Origin: Clostridia bacterium
Lineage (GTDB): Bacteria > Bacillota > Clostridia > Christensenellales > Borkfalkiaceae
Assembly (NCBI GenBank): GCA_900770185.1
Contig: CAAGJM010000035.1
Coordinates: forward strand, 149,761-213,760
Length of the DNA: 64,000 nucleotides
Direction of reading: 5' to 3'
This document shows, one piece after another, positions 57,733 to 64,000 of the stretch. The translations under genes and the position numbers were made by a program. The notes under the pieces are model-generated. The model made no database searches, had not been told where the DNA came from, and saw only the letters and a program-made list of their open reading frames with translations. How positions within the stretch are numbered: the stretch's first letter is position 1; the number at the start of each line of letters is the position of its first letter.

Positions 57733-60063
57733 ATGAGAGAAGTTATTGATTTTGATAAGAACTGGTTGTTTCATAAGGGAGACATAAATTACCCCGAACC
57801 GCAAAACAAGGGCGCAATGTATATCGGCGCAAAAACCGAAAGATATCATATCGGACCGGCAAGCCGTTTTTACTACGCAAACCCCGACAGTTATGACTTA
57901 AACGTTGAGTTCAAGCCCGAAAAATGGGAAAGCGTCGACCTTCCGCACGACTATATAATCGGCGGAGAAATGAGCGAAAACAATAACAATGCGCTCGGCT
58001 TTTTTAAATACGAAAACGCGTGGTATATTAAAAGATTTTCTCTTCAAAAAGTCGACGAAAATAAGCGCATAACCCTTTTATTCGAGGGGGTAGCCACTCA
58101 TGCGACGGTTTACCTTAACGGGTGCTTGTTAAAACATAATTTTTGCGGCTACACGACTTTCGAAGTCGATATAACCGACTACGCTAAATTTGACGAAGAA
58201 AACGTTTTGTCCGTCTACGTTCAAACTGACGAGCATGAAGGTTGGTGGTATGAAGGCGCGGGAATTTATCGCCACGTTAAAATGATAAAAACCGAGCTTG
58301 TTTCGGTAGATTTGTGGGGGCTTTACGTCTGCCCTGTTTTTGACGGTAAAAATTGGACGGTTAAAACCGAACTTACGCTAAGAAATGACTCTTACTCGCC
58401 TAAAACAGCCGAAATTATAACTAGAATTGCAGATTTAAGCGGCAAAATTTTAACAAAAACAAATTCTTTTGCCGATATTGCGACAAAAGACTTAACCACC
58501 GTTAAATACGATTTATCTGCCGAAAACCCGAAACTTTGGAGCCCGGACGAGCCGAATTTATACGTAGCAACTGCACAAATTTACATAGGCGGCGAACTTT
58601 TTGACGAATACTCTACCCGCTTCGGTTTCCGCTATTTTAAAGCCGACCCGAATAAAGGCTTTTTTATAAACGGCAAAAATTATAAAATCAAAGGGCTTTG
58701 CGGACACGCCGACTTCGGTTTGACGGGAAAAGCCGTAAGCGACAATATTCACCGTTACAAGGTTAGTTTAATGAAAGAGATGGGGGCGAACGGCTACCGC
58801 ACCAGCCACTATCCGCAAGCCGAAGCGTTGATGGACGCGCTTGACGAAAAGGGGTTCATCGTTATGGACGAAACGCGCTGGTTCGATTCGACCATTGAAG
58901 GCTTAGAACAACTTAAAATGCTTGTTAAGCGCGACAGAAACCGCCCGTCGGTGTTCTTTTGGTCGGTCGGCAACGAAGAGCCGCACCACGTAACCGAAGA
59001 AGGGCGCAGAATTTGCAAGACGATGACGGCTTTGGTTCGCAAACTTGACAACTCTCGCCTTGTTCTGACCGCCGTAAGCTATCCGCCGAACAAAGCGACC
59101 GTCTACGACGAACTTGACGTTGCGGGTATAAATTACAACTGGGCGACTTACGACGAAGTGCGTAAAAACTATCCGAACAAAATGATAATTTCGTCCGAAA
59201 ACTGCGCCACCGGAACAACGCGCGGCTGGTATGCCGAAAACGACGACAATTACGCCTACGTTTCCGCCTACGACCACGACAGTACCGACGACGGCTTTTG
59301 GGCGCGTGAAAAAACGTGGAAGTTCATTATGGAGCGAGACTACGTTGCGGGCGGGTATCAATGGATTGCTTTTGAACACCGCGGCGAAGCCGTTTGGCCG
59401 CGAATTTGCTCGCAATCGGGCGCAATTGACTTGTTTATGCAAAAAAAAGACGCATTTTATCAGAACAAGTCGCTTTGGTCGAAAAAGCCAATGATTCACC
59501 TTTTGCCGCACTGGAATTTTGCGGGGCTTGAAGGAACGCCGATAAAAGTATTTGCGTACACAAATCTTCCCTCGGCGGAATTATTTTTAAACGGCGCAAG
59601 CCTTGGAAAAGCTAATATAGAACCGTACGGACACGCCGAATGGCTTGTAAATTACGCGCCCGGGACGATTAAAGCCGTCGGCTACGGAAAAAACGGCGAA
59701 ATACTTGCGACGGACGAAAAAATTACGAGCGGCAAAGGCGAAAAATTGGCGTTTATGCTCGAAACGCCCGACGCAACCGCCAACGGGAAAGACGTTGCGT
59801 TATTCAGTTGCTACGTCGTTGACTGTAGCGGTTTGCCCGTTTACGACGCTTGCCCCACCGTTTATTTTTCGGCAAGCGGTTCGGGAAGAGTTCTCGCGAC
59901 GGGGTCTGACGTCAGCGACCATACGAGCGTTTTTCTGCCCGTCCGCCGCATGCGCGAAGGTAGAATCGGCATTGCCGTAAAACTATCCGACAACCACGGA
60001 AAATGCACGCTTACGGGTAGAGCCGACGGGCTTAAAACGGGCGTAATTATCGTTGAATTTTAA
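57733..60063 (+). CDS. glycoside hydrolase family 2 (beta-galactosidase/beta-glucuronidase-like)
   Basis: DFDKNWLFHKGD.. N-terminus and sugar-binding / TIM-barrel order typical of GH2, including the NEEPHH-like motif (GNEEPHHV). Confidence 0.8.
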   Translation: MREVIDFDKNWLFHKGDINYPEPQNKGAMYIGAKTERYHIGPASRFYYANPDSYDLNVEFKPEKWESVDLPHDYIIGGEMSENNNNALGFFKYENAWYIKRFSLQKVDENKRITLLFEGVATHATVYLNGCLLKHNFCGYTTFEVDITDYAKFDEENVLSVYVQTDEHEGWWYEGAGIYRHVKMIKTELVSVDLWGLYVCPVFDGKNWTVKTELTLRNDSYSPKTAEIITRIADLSGKILTKTNSFADIATKDLTTVKYDLSAENPKLWSPDEPNLYVATAQIYIGGELFDEYSTRFGFRYFKADPNKGFFINGKNYKIKGLCGHADFGLTGKAVSDNIHRYKVSLMKEMGANGYRTSHYPQAEALMDALDEKGFIVMDETRWFDSTIEGLEQLKMLVKRDRNRPSVFFWSVGNEEPHHVTEEGRRICKTMTALVRKLDNSRLVLTAVSYPPNKATVYDELDVAGINYNWATYDEVRKNYPNKMIISSENCATGTTRGWYAENDDNYAYVSAYDHDSTDDGFWAREKTWKFIMERDYVAGGYQWIAFEHRGEAVWPRICSQSGAIDLFMQKKDAFYQNKSLWSKKPMIHLLPHWNFAGLEGTPIKVFAYTNLPSAELFLNGASLGKANIEPYGHAEWLVNYAPGTIKAVGYGKNGEILATDEKITSGKGEKLAFMLETPDATANGKDVALFSCYVVDCSGLPVYDACPTVYFSASGSGRVLATGSDVSDHTSVFLPVRRMREGRIGIAVKLSDNHGKCTLTGRADGLKTGVIIVEF

Positions 60064-60233
60064 AAGCAACGAATAAAAACAATATATTGCGGGGCGACGA
60101 GTTCGCTCCGCTTTAATTTTGCTACGCTTTTAGTCAAAATTCGCGCCACTTTAAATTTATTTTTTAAATAGTGCGCGTTTTTGTCAACATTTATCGAGTA
60201 TAATCGGTACGAATAATTTAAAAAGGTGGTTTT

Positions 60234-61505
60234 ATGATTTATTTAGCAGTTATTTTATGTGCGGCAACCCTCATTTTAAGCGTAGCAACGCTCATAGGCG
60301 TTAAAAAAAGTAAAAACGTAAGCGAAATAAGCAAGCAAGATAAAGACGAAATTACGGGTTCGTTTTCGTCAAGCGTTAAAATTATTGCCGACGCGCTCGA
60401 AACGTCCAACAAAAAGTCGGGCGAAAACGTAATTTTAAGACTTGAAAATATGGACAAGCAAATTGCGCGTAACGGCGAGCTTACGGCAAACGCGCTTGAA
60501 AAAACCGAGCGCAGTCAGCTTGAAAAACTCGAAAATATTCGCTTGACACTTGAACGCAACGTTTTGAAAATGCAGGAAGGCAACGAGAAAAAATTATCCG
60601 AAATCAAACAAACGGTTGATGAAAAACTAACCGAAACGCTGAACAACAGGTTTAAAGAATCGTTTAAATATTTGACAGACGAGCTTGAAAAAGTTACTAA
60701 AACCGTGGGCGAAATGCAAAGCATTTCAAAAGACGTCGGGAGTTTGACGAAGGTTCTTTCAAACGTAAAAACGACGGGTATTTTCGGCGAAATTCGCTTA
60801 GGTTCGATTATAGAGCAAATTTTACCGCCCGAACAATACCTTAAAAACGTAGTCACCAACAAACAAAGCAAAGACCCCGTTGAGTTTGCGATAAAAATGC
60901 CCGGCGGAAACGACGGCGAAGTTTTGTTGCCGATAGACAGCAAGTTCCCCTACACCGTTTACACCGACATGCAAAACGCTTACGAAAAGAATGATTTTGC
61001 CGCCTACGAGGAACGCCGCAAAGAGCTTATACAACGCATTAAGGGCATGGCAAAAGATATTAAAGAAAAGTATATATGCCCGCCCCACACCACAAATTTT
61101 GCCGTTATGTTTTTGCCCGTGGAAGGGCTTTATGCGGAAGTCGTTAAGCAAGGGCTTGTGGAAGAATTGCAAGCAAAATTTTCGGTAACCGTAGCGGGTC
61201 CCACTACGATGGCTACGCTTTTGAACAGTTTGCAGATGGGTTTCCAAACCTTATCGATACAGAAAAAATCAAACGAAGTGTGGCGAGTATTAAACGCCGT
61301 CAAAGGCGAGTTTGAAAAGTTTAACGAAATTTTGGTACAAATTCAAAACAGGCTTAACGTTACGAGCGGCGACCTTGATAAACTTATAGGCGTCAGAACG
61401 CGCGCAATAAACCGCAGCCTTAAAGAAGTTTCAACCTCAGCCGGCGCAATAGACTTTGAGCCGTTAAATGTCTCCACAATAAGCGCGGAAGAAGATAATA
61501 TTTAG
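60234..61505 (+). CDS. rmuC: DNA recombination protein RmuC
   Basis: N-terminal TM, long coiled-coil, C-terminal RmuC nuclease-like domain (..FAVMFLPVEGLYAE..). Confidence 0.85.
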   Translation: MIYLAVILCAATLILSVATLIGVKKSKNVSEISKQDKDEITGSFSSSVKIIADALETSNKKSGENVILRLENMDKQIARNGELTANALEKTERSQLEKLENIRLTLERNVLKMQEGNEKKLSEIKQTVDEKLTETLNNRFKESFKYLTDELEKVTKTVGEMQSISKDVGSLTKVLSNVKTTGIFGEIRLGSIIEQILPPEQYLKNVVTNKQSKDPVEFAIKMPGGNDGEVLLPIDSKFPYTVYTDMQNAYEKNDFAAYEERRKELIQRIKGMAKDIKEKYICPPHTTNFAVMFLPVEGLYAEVVKQGLVEELQAKFSVTVAGPTTMATLLNSLQMGFQTLSIQKKSNEVWRVLNAVKGEFEKFNEILVQIQNRLNVTSGDLDKLIGVRTRAINRSLKEVSTSAGAIDFEPLNVSTISAEEDNI

Positions 61506-61519
61506 CAATAACCAAAATC

Positions 61520-61548
61520 AAAAAAGCCGCTTAAAACGCGGCTTTTTT
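61520..61548 (+). terminator. rho-independent terminator after rmuC
   Basis: AAGCCGC ttaaaac GCGGCTT followed by T6. Confidence 0.7.
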
Positions 61549-61564
61549 GATTTTGACTGTTCTA

Positions 61565-61865
61565 AATTTTTTTTGCCGTACAGTAAGCGGTAACTTAATT
61601 TGCGTGAAAGACGACAGGAGGAACAATGCTCTCTGAATTAAATTTTTTGGTTAAAAAAGCGGTTTAGGCAAGGAGTCACCCGAAACTGTACTTGCTGTAC
61701 GGTAAGCGGTAACTTAATTTGCGTGAAAGACGACAGGAGGAATAATTGGTTATGAATTAGCGGTTTGCGGAATTAGTGTTGTTTTAGGCGAGGCAATTAC
61801 CCGAAGCCGTACTTGCTGTACGGCAAGCGGTAATTAACAAAGCATAAAGCGACAATAAACCGCAA
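61565..61865. repeat. about 2.5 copies of a 119-bp intergenic repeat, each with a GTAC-centred hairpin and an AGGAGGAA-ATG mini-ORF
   Basis: GTAAGCGGTAACTTAATTTGCGTGAAAGACGACAGGAGGAA at 61585 and 61704. CCCGAARCYGTACTTGCTGTACGGYAAGCGGTAA at 61679 and 61795. GCGGTTTRGG / GCGGTTTGCGG junction motif. Confidence 0.8.
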
Positions 61866-61938
61866 ACCGCAATGAGATAACCAATTGTGACGACAAATAA
61901 AAAAACAACACGGATACTTCACGTGCTGCCCTTTTAAA

Positions 61939-62014
61939 TGGAGCGGGAAACGGGACTCGGACCCGCGACAACTGCCTTGGCAAGGCAGTGCTCTACCAAC
62001 TGAGCTACTCCCGC
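61939..62014 (-). tRNA. tRNA-Gly (anticodon GCC)
   Basis: Minus-strand cloverleaf GCGGGAGTAGCTCAGTTGGTAGAGCACTGCCTTGCCAAGGCAG...CCCGCTCCA. A hairpin plus T-run terminator follows at about 61880-61935. Confidence 0.85.
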
Positions 62015-62019
62015 ATAAA

Positions 62020-62095
62020 TGGTGGGAATTATAGGGCTCGAACCTATGACCCTCTGCTTGTAAGGCAGATGCTCTCCCAGCTGAGCTAAACTCCC
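62020..62095 (-). tRNA. tRNA-Val (anticodon UAC)
   Basis: Minus-strand cloverleaf GGGAGTTTAGCTCAGCTGGGAGAGCATCTGCCTTACAAGCAGAG..TTCGAGCCC..CCCACCA. Confidence 0.85.
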
Positions 62096-62113
62096 ATAAC
62101 TTAGTGCTTAATA

Positions 62114-62141
62114 AATATACCAAAATTTTCGACGAATTGCA
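62114..62141 (-). promoter_or_regulatory. promoter TTGCAA-16-TATATT for the tRNA-Val/tRNA-Gly operon
   Basis: Minus-strand hexamers about 15 nt upstream of the tRNA-Val 5' end. Confidence 0.5.
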
Positions 62142-62214
62142 AGCAATTTTAACGCGATTTTTTAATATATTTCAATTTTTTTTAAAATTCGCGCAAATGA
62201 AAAATAAATAAATT

Positions 62215-62249
62215 CAAAAAGCCGCTTTTAAATTAAAAACGGCTTTTTA
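62215..62249. terminator. bidirectional terminator overlapping the recG stop codon
   Basis: AAAAGCCG cttttaaattaaaaa CGGCTTTT with flanking A-run and T-run. Confidence 0.65.
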
Positions 62250-64000
62250 GTTTAACGTAACGTTTTTAAGTTCTTCGAATTTTTCAACGGCATTTCTTCG
62301 CAAGGCGGGTATATTTGACGGATCCGAAAAAGCTTCGTCGCTCAATTTTTTTGCCAAAAATATAGATTGCGCCTCGTATTTAAGCGCACCGAGAACCCCC
62401 ATGAATTTGCCCGACTGGCGCTCGCCGAGAAGATCGCCTCCGCCGCGCATATCGAAGTCGATTTCACTGATTTTAAAGCCGTCCGAAATAGTAGTTAAAG
62501 CATTTAAACGCGGCTCTGCGCTACCGCTTAAATTTTTTGCCGTCAAAAAACAATAACTTTGATACTCGCCGCGCCCTACCCTGCCGCGGAGTTGGTGAAG
62601 TGCGGAAAGTCCAAAACGCTCGGCGTTCATAATAACCATAACCGACGCGTTAGGAACGTCTACGCCGACCTCGATAACGGTGGTCGAAACGAGAGCGTCG
62701 TAGTCGCCACGCTTAAATTCAAGCATAATGCGCGTTTTTTCGGCGTCCTTCATTTTACCGTGCAAAAGCGCGAATCTGACCCCCGGAAGTCTAACGGTTA
62801 AGTCGTCATAAAGTTCGGTTACGCTCATAACTTCGCCCTCTTCGTCGCCCTCGATTTTCGGGCAGACGAAGTAAGCCTGCCTGCCGCTGCTAATCTCGTT
62901 TTTAACGAAGTTAAGCATGCCGTCATACTTGTTTTCGGGCACCAAACGGGTCATTATCTCTAAGCGCGATTTGGGTTTGTCTAAAATCGTGGATATATCT
63001 AAATCGCCGTAAAAAATCAGCGAAAGGGTGCGCGGAATAGGCGTTGCGGACATTACAAGGACGTCTACCCCGCTTCCTTTATCGGTCACTTTACTGCGCT
63101 GGGCAACGCCGAAACGCTGTTGCTCGTCACATACAAATAGCGAAAGGCGCGAAAAATTTACGTCGGGCTCTATAAGCGCGTGCGTGCCGACCGCGATAAG
63201 CGGTTCATCCGTCGCAATGATTTTTTTAATTTCCGTCTTTTCTTTTTTTGTGACCGACCCGGACAAAAATACAGTTTTTACTTCGGGTATGAACTTTTTA
63301 ATTATCTCATAATTTTGGGTTGCCAAAACTTCGGTGGGAGCCATAACGGCAACCTGTTTCCCGCTTTTAACGGCTATAAACATCGCAACAAGCGCAACCG
63401 CCGTTTTGCCGCTACCCACGTCGCCCTGCAAAAGCCTGTTCATAACCGTATCGCCGAACATATCTTTATAAATATCGTTGACGGCGTTCTTCTGCCCGTC
63501 TGTAAACTCGAACGGGAAGCGGGCAGTAAAATTTTTGATATCGCTAAGCGAACAATTATAGCGCGATAAACGGGCAAGCTTTTTATCGCCTTTTAAAATT
63601 TTAAATGCCGAAATAAGCGAAAAATACTCTTCGACGGCTATTCTGTCGGAAGCTACCCTAACGGTTCTTAAAGACGAGGGATTATGCACGTCATAGTATG
63701 CTTTTTTAAGCGGATAAAGAGAATATTTAATCGCTAAATTTTCGGGAATTTTGGTTGTTTTATCTACAATTTTAAGCGCAGATATGCAAGCTGACCTGAC
63801 AACCGATTGCGGAATTGTCCCTTTAATTTTATAAACGGGCACTAAGCCTTTTAAACGATAATTTTTATCCTTTTCTTCAAAAGTCGGGTTCGTTATGGTG
63901 AAAGAGCCGTACTCGTTTTTAAGCCTGCCGTAAAAGACGTATTCCTCGCCTGCTTTAAGGCGTTTTAAAACGTAGGGTTGGTTAAACCAGATTGCCGTGA
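62247..64000 (-). CDS. recG: ATP-dependent DNA helicase RecG (3' portion; ORF stays open to the window edge)
   Basis: Wedge-domain-like sequence upstream of the track start, Walker A GDVGSGKT, DEQQRFG, helicase C motifs. The reading frame is open from 63842 to 64000. Confidence 0.9.
   Translation of the reverse strand, partial: TAIWFNQPYVLKRLKAGEEYVFYGRLKNEYGSFTITNPTFEEKDKNYRLKGLVPVYKIKGTIPQSVVRSACISALKIVDKTTKIPENLAIKYSLYPLKKAYYDVHNPSSLRTVRVASDRIAVEEYFSLISAFKILKGDKKLARLSRYNCSLSDIKNFTARFPFEFTDGQKNAVNDIYKDMFGDTVMNRLLQGDVGSGKTAVALVAMFIAVKSGKQVAVMAPTEVLATQNYEIIKKFIPEVKTVFLSGSVTKKEKTEIKKIIATDEPLIAVGTHALIEPDVNFSRLSLFVCDEQQRFGVAQRSKVTDKGSGVDVLVMSATPIPRTLSLIFYGDLDISTILDKPKSRLEIMTRLVPENKYDGMLNFVKNEISSGRQAYFVCPKIEGDEEGEVMSVTELYDDLTVRLPGVRFALLHGKMKDAEKTRIMLEFKRGDYDALVSTTVIEVGVDVPNASVMVIMNAERFGLSALHQLRGRVGRGEYQSYCFLTAKNLSGSAEPRLNALTTISDGFKISEIDFDMRGGGDLLGERQSGKFMGVLGALKYEAQSIFLAKKLSDEAFSDPSNIPALRRNAVEKFEELKNVTLN

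Noticed and set aside
57721-57745. Duplicated ATGAGAAAAGTTTATGAGAGAAGTT at the GH2 start as an alternative start or frameshift
   Set aside because: The first ATG is out of frame and hits a stop after 9 codons. The second ATG at 57733 gives the conserved GH2 N-terminus.
61797-62123. 108-aa ORF (minus) in the track
   Set aside because: It lies entirely over tRNA-Gly and tRNA-Val, and its translation is Cys/Gly/Ser-rich nonsense typical of a tRNA reading frame.

Overview
The window is a 64-kb chromosomal segment that looks like an anaerobic Firmicutes (Clostridia-like) genome. The taxon call is inference from pflA/pflB, plasmalogen-synthase-like genes, dprA-topA-hslVU synteny and the rpoZ-priA-def-fmt-rsmB-rlmN...rpe block; GC is roughly 50%. 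No BLAST or HMM search was available, so all protein calls rest on recognisable motifs and N-termini and need confirmation. Most of the window is densely packed housekeeping genes, largely on the minus strand.

Features that are not ordinary:
1. A fatty-acid/phospholipid locus (plsY-acp-KS/CLF fusion-fabG-fabZ-fabD-accD-accA-flavoprotein-plsX) is unlike a canonical FAS-II cluster. Its only ketosynthase is a free-standing 792-aa fusion of a KS domain and a chain-length-factor-like domain with Cys replaced by Gln. It has no fabH, enoyl reductase or accBC. An iron-sulfur-flavoprotein-like gene is translationally coupled to plsX.
2. Just upstream sit a TetR regulator and a split pair of 2-hydroxyacyl-CoA dehydratase/activase-family proteins (PlsA/PlsR plasmalogen-synthase-like). 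Both this pair and the acp operon carry the same ACTA-N3-TAGT palindrome in their promoters.
3. About five tandem copies of a 130-bp unit lie between pcrA and ligA, and copies alternate between two variants.
4. A second repeat family of about 119 bp lies downstream of tRNA-Gly/tRNA-Val. A GCGGTTTGCGG motif is seen there and again upstream of comM.
5. The 3' end of tRNA-Gly(CCC), together with its terminator, is duplicated, which looks like an att-site remnant.
6. A lysine riboswitch precedes a polar-amino-acid ABC transporter.
7. Two unannotated small ORFs with strong ribosome-binding sites encode 39-aa and 27-aa peptides.
8. A tightly overlapping seven-gene minus-strand block reads DUF4250 - lipoprotein - RimK-type ATP-grasp ligase - YbaK-like deacylase - two membrane proteins - AraC.
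9. A pflA - thioredoxin-like - pflB arrangement puts the activase first.

Three tRNAs were found by eye. There is no rRNA, no CRISPR array and no obvious transposase or integrase.
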